The notes below the pieces were generated by a model that was not told the origin of the DNA, searched no databases, and saw only the letters and a list, made by a program, of their open reading frames with translations. From NCBI RefSeq assembly GCF_001194135.2, contig NC_068997.1:15394525-15441533 (forward strand): a DNA stretch of 47,009 bases, in the 5' to 3' direction. Made by a program: the position numbers and the translations under genes. This DNA comes from Octopus bimaculoides. Lineage: Eukaryota. Each line of letters opens with the position of its first letter. The stretch's first letter is position 1. Shown here piece after piece: positions 35,926-47,009 of the stretch.

Positions 35926-36707
35926 CATATATAGAAAGATCGTGTCGACTGATTACAATAGAAGTGTAGAAGCAGTTTGAGGTAGATGTTTTGGTTTAAG
36001 TTTTTGCGGGAATTTACGGTTAATATGTGTGTGTGTGTGTGTGTGTATACATACATATATATGTTACATACATACATGTATACATACTAAACACATATGT
36101 ATGAATGCGTGTGTATTTGCGGAGAGGAACTATACAAGACCCAATACGAATAATTTTAAAAGCTGTTACATCCAACATATACATTCATTAAGGCCAAAAG
36201 ACAAAGTCGATACCACCTCTCTATCAAAATTCGTATAGATACAAAAGGATTAGCGGAAATGAAACGTGCCCTAAAATGTCGTGCACAGAGGAAAGCTATG
36301 CGCCAATGGAACAAATAATTGCAGATGCGGCTTAACTGAAAAGTGAAGAACGATAAATACAAGATGAATAATATTGTCTCCCTGTCAAAAGAGATAACCA
36401 TGTACGCATGTTCTTTAAGAACATTTTGATATTCTCCAAATCGTAATTTCCAAACTGAAGAAGGTTAGTGCTTATCCATTGATATCCACATGGGATACGA
36501 CGCAACATTCTTTTCGTATATTTCGGACCAATGAGAATTGTCTCATACGTTGTTTCAGAAATAGTTACATTGATATCCACATTGGCAGCTAGAATGGTTT
36601 TTCAGAAAAGCAATAGAGTGAATCATTAGCTCTCGCCGAACAAATATACATTCTACATCTTTTATTTGGCATTCTTTCGTTTGTTCATAACATATATATA
36701 CATTGAC

Positions 36708-36784
<77 letters not shown>

Positions 36785-37009
36785 CAAAAATGAATAGTAC
36801 GTGTATTTCAAAGGGACAGCTTTGTTACATTCTGTGTCATGCTGAATGTTCCTGAGAACTACGTTAAGAGCACACGTGTCAGCTACTTGCACGTTAATTT
36901 CACGAATAAGCTGTTCCGTTGATCAAATCAACTGGAACCCGTCGTCGTAGTCAACGAAGTACCATTATCTATCTATCTACCTATCTCTCCCTCTCACCCT
37001 CTCTCTCCA

Positions 37010-37040
<31 letters not shown>

Positions 37041-37309
37041 GTATGAATATTAGATGTGTATGCGTTTGTTCGCGCAACTTCTGTGGTGCTGTCGTGTCTT
37101 ACATTTACAGTAGATTACAAAATCGGTAGAGGATCGTCTGTCATTTTGAGACATCTCCTCACTTGATCTAGCTAGGTTCATGAGACAGCTACAGAAAAGC
37201 TAGACATAGGGGCTGCTTATTTTTCCTACTTTTCTTCAATTACATTTGAGGCAGACTTTGCTTCTCGTGTGGCTGATACAGAATTGTGTCAATTATATCG
37301 ATCATGCAT

Positions 37310-37720
37310 GGCAGCGAGCTGGCAGAATCATTAGCACGCCGTGCGAAATGCTTAGCGGTATTTCGTTTTTCGTTACGTTCTGAGTTCAAATTCCGCCGAG
37401 GTCGACTTTGCCTTTCATTCTTTCGGGGTCGATAAATTAAGTACTAGTTACGCACTGGGGTCGATGCAATCGACTTAATCCGTTCGTCTGTCCTTGTTTT
37501 TCCCCTCTGTGTGTAGCCCCTTGTAGGTAGTAAAGAAATAAGAAACGTTAGCACGCCGGGCGAAATGCTTAGCGGTATTTCGTCTTTCTTTACGTTCTGA
37601 GTTCAAATTCCGCCGAGGTCGACTTTGTCTTTCATCCTTTCGGGGGTCGATAAATTATGCACCAGTTACGTACTGGGACCGAACTAATCGACTGGCTCTT
37701 TTCCACAAAATTTCGGGCCT
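37310..37720 (+). mobile_element. Two tandem SINE family A copies (about 37310-37540 and 37541-37720)
   Basis: Both contain ttagcacgcc..gcgaaatgcttagcggtatttcg...ttctgagttcaaattccgccgaggtcgactttg.ctttcat.ctttcgggg.tcgataaatta. Confidence 0.9.
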
Positions 37721-38680
37721 TATATCGATCATACACCACATTACAAAATCTATCATCTTTTCCTTGTGTTAAAAATCGATCTGTTGTTGTCGTTGCTGCT
37801 TTTCTTGTTCCGTCAGGGGGCCAAACCTGAACGAGCAGGGCTATGATGAAAGGCATTCCAGCAGTGACCATCTCGTCAGTGTTTTATGTACAGGTCACCC
37901 AGTTCCCTATTATCCGACGTTTTTTGTTTTTTTGCTTTTTCCGAAGAATAAGGACCTAAGGTGTAATTTGAGGAATGTTTGATTACTATGTCTAGCATGA
38001 CAAATGACTGCAGAGGGAAATTCTTGTTGAATCATGCAAATCGTGTTACAGTTAGAGGTGTTGGTTTGGAGTTGAATTAATCTTCCCTATGGTATTACTG
38101 GTATTCATCAAGGTCGCCTTCTCCCAACTGTGTCGCGTGTTCAAATCTCGCCCGTTGACGGACCTTTCTGCCGATGTTGATAAAGGTAATTAATAAGTAG
38201 TCTGTAATATGCTGGGGAACATTATCAGTAACAGGGTACATGGAGGCGACGACAATGAAGGTGATGATCACGATGTTGCGATGGTTATGGCGCAATCGAC
38301 AATGCCGTGGTGGTGGTGATAGTGTGGATAATGTTGGTGATGATGATGATGATCATCATCATCATGTGGTGGTAGTGGTGGTGGTGGTGTTGGCGGTGGT
38401 GGTGGTGACGGTGTGGATGTTGTTGGTGCTGATGATGATGATCGTGATCGTGATCATCCTCATCGTGGTGGTGGTGATGGAGACGATGATGACGGTGACG
38501 AGGATAATGAAGGTGATGATGATGATGACGATGGTGACGGTGACGACAACAACGATGATGATGATAATGGCGTTTATACTGCTGCTGGATAAGAGTCTGT
38601 GGCATTACTGACAGTGATAGTGACGATGAAACTTTCACAGATCGAGTCACCTCTTAGATAGTTCTTCTTTATCTTATATG

Positions 38681-38733
38681 GTCATCGGCGTTGTCCTCAG
38701 TTGTCGGCGTTGTCCTCAGTCGTCGGCGTTTAT
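38681..38733. repeat. 19-bp tandem repeat, about 2.7 copies (gtcgtcggcgttgtcctca)
   Basis: Seen directly. Confidence 0.8.
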
Positions 38734-38734
38734 C

Positions 38735-38905
38735 CCACCCCCATCGCTTGACAACCGATGTTGGTCTGTTTGGCAATAGAGACCAATAGAATAAGTACTA
38801 GACTTACAAAGAGTAAGTCCGGGGGTCGATTTGTTCGACTAAAAGCGGTGCTCCAGCATGGTCACAGTCGAATGACTGAAACAAGTAGAAAAAGGTAAGA
38901 ATAAA
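38735..38905 (+). mobile_element. SINE family B 3' module
   Basis: ccccatcgcttgacaaccgatg...gaataagtactag...ggggtcgatttgttcgactaaaagcggtgctccagcatggtcacagtc. Confidence 0.75.
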
Positions 38906-39557
38906 GAGTAAATATGAAAGGAGATTGGAATGAACATAATTTGACTGTGGTTGAATAAAACCTTGGAGAAATGTGTTTACTGATGTGTCTGTAGAAAGTA
39001 GCATCTTGAAGCGTATGAGAGAGTGAGAGTGTGGGGAGAAGACAAAGGAGAATGCTACCACGAAATGAATTAAAAAATTAGTATTCAGTAGTTGAAATCT
39101 TCAATAACAAAAGAAGTTTGAAAACTACATTTTGATAAAAATATACTAATTTTAGAATTTTTAAGAATTATCTACTCAGGGTTGACTTTAATGATCACTC
39201 TCTTTGGGTAAAAGTTACATATACCAAACAAATTAATAAGTAGCTTTCTTCCTTTATTGTATAGATGTCTTGCTTCTTCTTCTTCTATAAACAAGAAACT
39301 GTAATTTGTGGTAGATTTGGTTGATATTTCTTGTTGGTGAAACAATCATGTAGAGGTGTCCTGTTTGGTTTTTATGTGAGTAATTAGAGAGTAGGTGAAA
39401 TGGCTGGTAATTTTAATTATGTTTTTATAACTTCCCTTCCCTTTACTTCATCCTATTTTCATCACACCTCTGCTGTCTGATCGCTGATATAATTGCTTCT
39501 ACTTCTATTTCATGGATATAATTGCTTCTGGTTTACATATGTATGTATGTACGTATG

Positions 39558-40021
39558 TTATTGCTCAGTTTTATTTCAAGATTTCTTGCCAATAGAGGAA
39601 GAGCCAGTTTCTAACCTAGATCCAAGGTTCTTTCATTGGAATTTCAACATCAACAACAGAGTATTTTTGTTTGCATGTATGTATGTATGTATATGTGCAG
39701 ATTTGTATATATTGCTTTGTGTATGTATTCTCATGCCTATAGTTGCATATCTTGACATGCTCACATATATCTAAATGATAAACTTCTGGAAAGTTTTACA
39801 GATTTTTACAGTTCCAGTGATGGATTAGATCTGTAGTCTTCAAATTAGCTTTCTCCTTTCTGGTTTTGAGAAGCCTAATTTCTCAAGATTGGTATTTAGG
39901 CAGTGTGTTACATATCCCAGGGCCCCAATAATATAAACCTGAACTTGTGATCTGGATAGAATAACTGTAGATTTCTCAATAGTTCAGCATAGGTGTTCTC
40001 TTTTTTACTGATCTTCAGTTT
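39558..40021 (-). mobile_element. 5'-truncated non-LTR retrotransposon: restriction-like endonuclease C-terminus plus 3' UTR (R4/Dong-like)
   Basis: Minus-strand 40020-39771 reads KLKISKKENTYAELLRNLQLFYPDHKFRFI / IIGALGYVTHCLNTNLEKLGFS..E.RKLI*RLQI*SITGTVKICKTF. This matches the K..KY..L / P.(I/V)IGALG / LQ......T..I motifs of RLE-type elements. Confidence 0.75.
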
Positions 40022-40066
40022 TATGTATGTATGTATGTATGTATGTATGTATGTATGTATGTATGC

Positions 40067-40240
40067 ATGTCACTTCTCTTTTCTAATTATTATAAATCTT
40101 CGACTGAGGATAGAGCCGGTTTCTAACAAAGATTCATTGCTCCATCTTTGACATGTAGTTAACACAGACATATTCATATTTGAAACTTGAGAAAATTCTT
40201 ACATATTTTTACTGTTCCACTCACAGATTGCATTTGTAAT
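40067..40240 (-). mobile_element. Second, shorter 3' end of a related RLE retrotransposon
   Basis: LQMQSVSGTVKICKNFLKF* aligns with the C-terminus of the adjacent copy. The two 3' UTRs share the motif TTAGAAAC(C/T)GGCTCT(A/T)(T)CCTC. Confidence 0.7.
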
Positions 40241-41133
40241 GTGTGTATGTATGCATGCATGCATTTGTGTATGTATGTATGTATGTATGTATAAAGCCAG
40301 GTTGAAACAGAAACAATTATCCCAATGATCAAATCGCAGAAATGCGATGAAAATACTTGACAGTTCATAATAGACTGAGCTAATAAGAAATAAAGGGAAA
40401 ATGAATAAAACAGATTTTGTGCGTTATTAAGTGACTAAAATGTCTTTTCTCAGATTTAATTAATTAAATATAAATTTATTTGATATGAGTATGCCTGTAT
40501 GTATATATATATATATATATATATATNNNNNNNNNNNNNNNNNNNNNNNNNNNNNNNNNNNNNNNNNNNNNNNNNNNNNNNNNNNNNNNNNNNNNNNNNN
40601 NNNNNNNNNNNNAACATATGCACAATTGCATGTGACTATACATGAGTATATGCATATATAAAATCAAAATAAAATACACATATTTGTAGATACAAACATA
40701 TATTAAACTACATGTGTGTGTGTGTGTGTGTGAATGTCTCTTATTAGAGAGCGTTCGTTCAGGCTCATGCACACATACAGATGATGCATGTAGCAGAGAT
40801 CCACATACATGTTAATTAGAGAAAAACTAATATGTGTACCTTTTCACCTCCACAACTGCGTGTGCACATGAGCACGCACACACACGCACATTGATATTTA
40901 TAAACATATATGCATATAGATATATATATATATATATNNNNNNNNNNNNNNNNNNNNNNNNNNNNNNNNNNNNNNNNNNNNNNNNNNNNNNNNNNNNNNN
41001 NNNNNNNNNNNNNNNNNNNNNNNNNNNNNNNNNNNNNNNNNNNNNNNNNNNNNNNNNNNNNNNNNNNNNTGTGTATATATATATATATATGTATGTATAT
41101 ATTTGTGTGTGTGTATATATATATGTATGCATA

Positions 41134-41182
<49 letters not shown>

Positions 41183-41899
41183 GTATATATGTATGTCTTT
41201 AAATATGTATATGTGTGTATATATATATATATGGATGTATTTATATATATATTTATATATACGCGTATATGTATTTATATGTATGCATATATATATGCGT
41301 ATATACACACACACACGTACACATACACTCAGATTCAAATAGACTTACATATATTCATATATCACGTACACACACACACACACACACACGCACCCATATA
41401 TGTGTGTGTTCGCGTGTGTCTGTGTGTGTGTGTGTAGAGGAACAGTGTAAAAACAACACTAGCGACAGCAAAACAAATGAAATTCAGAACTTATCAATAT
41501 CTTAATTATCTGATTTTCCCTTCATTTTATTTCACAACGAATTAACATTAATGTTTGATTAGCGGCAGTATATGAGTAGTGGTGGTGGTGGTGGTGGTGG
41601 TGGTGGTGGTGATAGTCGTGGTGTTGCTGGTATTGGTACTGGTGTTAGTGGTGGTGGTGGTGGTGGTGGTGGTTGGTGATTGGTGGATGTGATGGTGCGG
41701 AAATTGTCACAAGAGGAAAACTATGACACACTGCTGAATGATGACAGCGATGATGACAACAACAACAACAACAGCAACAACAGCAATGGCAACAACAGAG
41801 AAAAACAACTGAAATAATGACAGCACCAATAACAAGAAGAAGAAGAATTATGAAGACAACATAAATAATAAACAGCGATAATTATAACAATATAAAAAT

Positions 41900-42170
41900 G
41901 AGGATGACGACCATGATCATGGTGATGATGATGAGGGTGAGGATGATGATGATGATGATGATGAGGTTGATGATGATGATGATGATGATGGTGAAGTTCA
42001 TGATGATGATGGTGAGGATGATGATGATGATGGTGAGGATGATGATGGTGATGATGATGATGGTGAGGTTGATGGTGATGATGATGATGGTGAGGATAAA
42101 GATGGTGAGGATGATGATGATGATGATGATGATGGTGACGATGATGATGATGATGATGATGATGATGGTG

Positions 42171-42203
<33 letters not shown>

Positions 42204-42297
42204 GTGAGGTGATGATGATGATGGTGAGGTGATGATGATGATGATGATGATTATCAATATCATTATCATCATTATTGCTATCATCATCATCATGATC
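41900..42297. repeat. (GAT)n array with recurring GGTGAG interruptions
   Basis: Seen directly; source of the poly-M/poly-H pseudo-ORFs. Confidence 0.9.
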
Positions 42298-43159
42298 NNN
42301 NNNNNNNNNNNNNNNNNNNNNNNNNNNNNNNNNNNNNNNNNNNNNNNNNNNNNNNNNNNNNNNNNNNNNNNNNNNNNNNNNNNNNNNNNNNNNNNNNNNN
42401 NNNNNNNNNNNNNNNNNNNNNNNNNNNNNNNNNNNNNNNNNNNNNNNNNNNNNNNNNNNNNNNNNNNNNNNNNNNNNNNNNNNNNNNNNNNNNNNNNNNN
42501 NNNNNNNNNNNNNNNNNNNAATGTATGAAATACTGAAATTTATAACACCACCACTTCCACCACCACCACCACCACAACCACCACCACCACCACCACCACA
42601 ACCACCACCACGACTTCCACCACCACCACCACAACCACCACCACCACTTCCACCACCACCATCAACAACAATGACAACAATGCTGTCAGCATTAACAACA
42701 ACAACAATAATAATTGTAGTAGTAGTATTAGTAGTAGTAGTAGTTGTAATCATTGTTTTAATGATGATAAAGAAGGACAGTAGTAACAACAATAATGAAA
42801 ATAATTGTATTAATGGTGATTCTAATTGTAATTGTGATAAATAATGTAAGTCTGTAATTAAATGAAATGAAATTAATTATAAACTGATTTTCATTTGAAA
42901 ATAGAACAACAAAAAAAAATAAATAAATAAATGAAGACCAATAATTGTCTAACAATAATTGTGACAATAATGAGGGTGGTTGGTAATGATGGTGATGGCG
43001 GTGGTGGTGATAATTTTTTGGTGGTGGTCGTGGTGTGATTGGAGTTTGTGATAGTCATGGCTGATAGTTGTCATGATGCTTGTGTTGCAACTAATCAAGG
43101 CAGTAATCTTATTGGTGTTGTTGTTGTTGTTGTCATTCATCCTTCTCCTCATTCCCCTC

Positions 43160-43515
43160 CTCTTCTTCTTCTTCCTCTTTATTTTCTCCCTTTTTCTTTC
43201 TTCTACTTCTTCTTCTCCTCCCTCCTCTTTCTTCCCCTTCTTCTTCTCCCCCTTTTTTCTTCTTCTTTCTTCCCCTTCTTCTTCCTCTTTTGCTTCTTCT
43301 TTATTTTCTCCCTTCTTCTTCTTCTTCTTCTTCTTCTTCTTCTTCTTCTTCTTCTTCTTCTTCTATTACTTCTTCCCTTCTTCTTCTTCCTTCTTTTTCT
43401 TCTTCTTCTTCCCCTTTCTTCTTCTTCCTTCGTTGTCCTTGTCCTCCTCCTCCTCCACTTCCTCCTCCTTTCTTTCTTCTTCTTCTTCTTCTTCTTCTTC
43501 TTCTTCTTCTTCTTT
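43160..43515. repeat. (CTT)n-rich polypyrimidine tract
   Basis: Seen directly. Confidence 0.9.
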
Positions 43516-43858
43516 ATCCATCACCCTACTTCTATTTGTCTGACCTTTTATTCTTGTTCTCCCTATTCTTCTGCATCTACCCTTTCCCCTTTTTTCATTC
43601 TACCTTTCCCTTACTTACTTATCCTTTTTAGCAGTCTTTTTATTTTTATTTCATCTTCTTGTTCATCTTGTCCACCTTCTTGTTTACTTTTCTTCCTAAC
43701 TCCTTGTTCATTTTGTTCATTCCCTTGTTCACCATACTGCTCTATTAATTATCTATTCTTGTCCACCATTTTGTTCATCGTTTTGCTGAAATAGCTTCAT
43801 ATTTCCTTCAACATGTTCACCATGCTACAATAGCTTCTGTTTTTTATTCATAAATACC

Positions 43859-44018
43859 GGTGTGGCTGTGTGTTAAAAAGGTTGTTTCCCAACCACATGG
43901 CTCTGGGTTCTGTCCCACTGCATGGCACCTTGAGCAAGTGTCTTCAACTACAGTCATGGGTTGACCAAAGCCTTGTGAGTGGATTTGGTAGATGGAAACT
44001 GGAAGAAGCCCGTCGTAT
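43859..44018 (+). mobile_element. SINE family B (its tail resumes at about 44268-44355 after a nested insertion)
   Basis: ggtgtggctgtgtg...gggttctgtcccactgcatggcaccttgagcaagtgtcttc...gaagcccgtcgtat. The tail tgtgtctgtgtttgtctccctaccatcacttgaca follows the insert. Confidence 0.85.
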
Positions 44019-44267
44019 TTGTCAGTGGACATCTTTCAATGCAATGTATGCCAGAAGGTCTGGAAACGGAGGTCTCAAAAGGCATTTTAAGATCCATAGA
44101 GACCAGATCCTAACTGCAGCTCTTGGTGGTCCAAATCGGAGGTGCAATCTATGTGGGTGTCTTTTCAAAACATTGTCCGGTTTAAATAGCCACATCAGAT
44201 GCCATGATGGATCTAAAGTGAAGGTACAGGAGGTGGTCAAACTCTGCATAAGGAGTAGACATCTACC
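44019..44267 (+). mobile_element. 3' end of an RTE-type LINE encoding two C2H2 zinc fingers
   Basis: FQCNVCQKV (frameshift) NGGLKRHFKIH...RCNLCGCLFKTLSGLNSHIRCH, followed by a short 3' end running into (AT)n. RTE/BovB-like ORFs end in such Cx2C..GL.SH.R.H fingers. Confidence 0.65.
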
Positions 44268-44270
44268 ATA

Positions 44271-44303
<33 letters not shown>

Positions 44304-44369
44304 ATGTATGTATGCATTTGTGTGTCTGTGTTTGTCTCCCTACCATCACTTGACATCATCATTCATTAT

Positions 44370-44612
44370 CATCATCATCATCGTCGTCGTCGTCGTCATC
44401 GTTGTCGTCATCATCATCATGATCGTCTTTGTAGTCGTCGTCATCATCATTATCATCGTTTAATGTCCATTTTCCATGCTGGCATGGGGTCAATGGTTTG
44501 ACAGGAGCTGGACTCCAGGAGAGCTATCTAGGCTCCAGTTGTCTGTTCTGGAATGGTTTCTACAGCTGGGTGCCCTTCCTGATGCCAACCGCTTTGCAGA
44601 GTGTACAGGGTG
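44370..44612 (-). mobile_element. SINE 3' portion with (GAT)n tail
   Basis: Minus strand: ggttggcatcaggaagggcacccagc...gccagcatggaaaatggacattaaacgatgatgat. This is a typical SINE body plus a LINE-like tail ending in a trinucleotide repeat. Confidence 0.65.
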
Positions 44613-46348
44613 ATAGCTGCTTTGACTTTGAAAAACTTGAAAGCACAGACTCATGCAACCACATACACACACACACACAATTTGTGTATGCACACACACA
44701 CACACACTCACAAACACACTATACACACATACACAGTATATGGCTGGTGGAAATTAGTTTATCCTCTTTCACTGGGAGAAAAAGACAGACAAGAAAAAAA
44801 AATCTCTGAAACTGGCCTCGAGAGACTTGAACTCTTAATGTGGTTAGCAAATAGTTAGACATCGTATAGTATTTATTGTATTATTGTACCATTTCTGTCA
44901 ATGTTCCATCATCTTCAATGCGACCACCACCACCATCATGAATAACATCATGTTCTCCTCTGATAATGCATTGATATTGATAATGTTGATGATGCTANNN
45001 NNNNNNNNNNNNNNNNNNNNNNNNNNNNNNNNNNNNNNNNNNNNNNNNNNNNNNNNNNNNNNNNNNNNNNNNNNNNNNNNNNNNNNNNNNNNNNNNNNNN
45101 NNNNNNNNNNNNNNNNNNNNNNNNNNNNNNNNNNNNNNNNNNNNNNNNNNNNNNNNNNNNNNNNNNNNNNNNNNNNNNNNNNNNNNNNNNNNNNNNNNNN
45201 NNNNNNNNNNNNNNNNNNNNNNNNNNNNNNNNNNNNNNNNNNNNNNNNNNNNNNNNNNNNNNNNNNNNNNNNNNNNNNNNNNNNNNNNNNNNNNNNNNNN
45301 NNNNNNNNNNNNNNNNNNNNNNNNNNNNNNNNNNNNNNNNNNNNNNNNNNNNNNNNNNNNNNNNNNNNNNNNNNNNNNNNNNNNNNNNNNNNNNNNNNNN
45401 NNNNNNNNNNNNNNNNNNNNNNNNNNNNNNNNNNNNNNNNNNNNNNNNNNNNNNNNNNNNNNNNNNNNNNNNNNNNNNNNNNNNNNNNNNNNNNNNNNNN
45501 NNNNNNNNNNNNNNNNNNNNNNNNNNNNNNNNNNNNNNNNNNNNNNNNNNNNNNNNNNNNNNNNNNNNNNNNNNNNNNNNNNNNNNNNNNNNNNNNNNNN
45601 NNNNNNNNNNNNNNNNNNNNNNNNNNNNNNNNNNNNNNNNNNNNNNNNNNNNNNNNNNNNNNNNNNNNNNNNNNNNNNNNNNNNNNNNNNNNNNNNNNNN
45701 NNNNNNNNNNNNNNNNNNNNNNNNNNNNNNNNNNNNNNNNNNNNNNNNNNNNNNNNNNNNNNNNNNNNNNNNNNNNNNNNNNNNNNNNNNNNNNNNNNNN
45801 NNNNNCTCACTCTACCAAAACTCATCTCGCTCCCTCAGATCCCACCTATTTCTTTCAAACCCCTTATTTTTCCCCTATTTTTTTTTTTTTGTTTGGCTTT
45901 TCTTGACCCACCGACATTACCATCTTGTCCCTTCAAACTTCCATTACTCTTCTGTTTATGCTATTCCCCACCCCCTCACCCGAAATTCTTCTTTTGGTTC
46001 AAGTTTGGGTTCTCTGCTGATTTTTTTTTCTTTTTTGTTCAATTTTGGATTGTTTTTTTTTTTCATTTTTATTTTTATTTATTTATTTTTTTTTTTTTTC
46101 ATTTTTATATTGAATTTTTTTTTAATAGTTTGATTTATTTATTTGCTGAAATTTCTTTTTTCTTTCCTCCGTCTGTATGTCTGTTTATGTTGATGCGTGT
46201 GTATATGCATGCATGTATGTTTGTATATATGTATGTGTGTATGTATGTATGTATGTATCTATGTACATGTATGTATGCATGTGTATATATACATATATGT
46301 GTGTGTGTGTATGTGTGCATACATACATATATATATATATATATAATG

Positions 46349-46379
<31 letters not shown>

Positions 46380-47009
46380 CAACATCCTTTAATATCCATT
46401 ACATATATATGCATATATGTATGTATATATGTATATATATGTATATAATATATGTGTATTGGGTACATGGAATACCCCATCCACAAATCTTCAAAGCTTT
46501 TGTCTCTCCTCCCCCCCACACCCCATCGGCTACCCACTACCCATATTTATATTATTCAAACACAAAATAAGATTGTCTATCCTAATGCTATCAAGAAAAT
46601 ACCGTTTCCATTTCACACCATTTTACCCAACACCCCCAAATTTTTTTTCTTCTTCACTTCATTTCCCTATCAATAACTCACTTCTTCCTCTTCTTCATCA
46701 TCGTCATCCTCATCCTCATCCCCCGAAGACACCACCAGCACCACCACCACTGGCACCAAAACCACCACCCTCACCACCCTGAGAAACACCCTAATAGAAC
46801 ATCGTTTATCATCTAAGCTGCTGTTTCTCAGTTCCGCTGTTAAGTTCAGAGCGGTTCAACTGAGTTCATGGGTACTTTTTTTTTGATGGATGAGGACATA
46901 GCAGAGTAGATGGATGGATGGATGGATGGATGGATGGATGGATGGGTGGATGGGTGGATGGATGGAGGAATATGTGTGTGTGTGTGTGTGTGTGTATGTT
47001 TGCATAGAT

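Larger units (their letters stand above)
1186..45805. other. Numerous scaffold gaps (N runs)
   Basis: Large gaps at about 7775-8539, 11691-11993, 17254-18074, 19823-20662, 26259-26849, 28947-29414, 30184-30728, 32300-33039 and 44998-45805, plus many small ones. Most abut microsatellites, as expected from short-read assembly failure. Confidence 0.97.

Noticed and set aside
36130-36600. Unique-looking sequence that might be a decayed coding region
   Set aside because: Stops occur in all frames and I could not recognise any transposase, RT or host motif.
37860-37880. CTGACGA on the minus strand
   Set aside because: No GAAA box or stems; it is part of a common interspersed repeat.
38681-38733. 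Short direct repeats considered as a CRISPR-like array
   Set aside because: These are head-to-tail tandem units with no spacers, in eukaryotic DNA with no cas genes.
11-46782. Dozens of ORFs with YIYI, HTHT, CVCV, poly-M/D/H/L/S or X runs
   Set aside because: They are translations of di-, tri- and tetranucleotide microsatellites or N gaps, with no domain content.
46828-46866. Hairpin ctcagtt-ccgct...agcgg-ttc-aactgag as a possible pre-miRNA
   Set aside because: Only about 38 nt are paired, too short for a Drosha/Dicer substrate, and it matches no miRNA I recognise.

Overview
This is AT-rich eukaryotic scaffold DNA dominated by microsatellites and broken by many N gaps. The recurring tRNA-derived SINE families suggest an octopus (coleoid cephalopod) short-read assembly; that is an inference. 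No intact host protein-coding gene can be supported, and almost every entry in the ORF track is a microsatellite or N-gap artefact. The real coding remnants are all from transposons: an RTE-type reverse transcriptase (3.8-4.4 kb), a Tc1-type transposase with apparent DD35E spacing (11.2-11.6 kb), a maT/mariner-like fragment (18.2-18.4 kb), a Penelope-like GIY-YIG endonuclease (22.1-22.6 kb), a second Penelope-like RT thumb (31.2-31.6 kb), two 3' ends of restriction-like-endonuclease (R4/Dong-like) retrotransposons set in (TATG)n tracts (39.6-40.2 kb), and an RTE C2H2 zinc-finger tail nested in a SINE (44.0-44.3 kb). There is also one intact hAT MITE with an 8-bp target-site duplication. The most notable area is 21.1-22.9 kb. 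It holds a well-formed type I hammerhead ribozyme about 200 bp after the GIY-YIG ORF, and a separate hammerhead-bearing non-coding unit present as inverted and partly tandem copies (pLTR/retrozyme-like). Several strong minus-strand splice signals and motif-rich unique islands suggest the window may lie in the introns or UTR of an unidentified minus-strand transcript.
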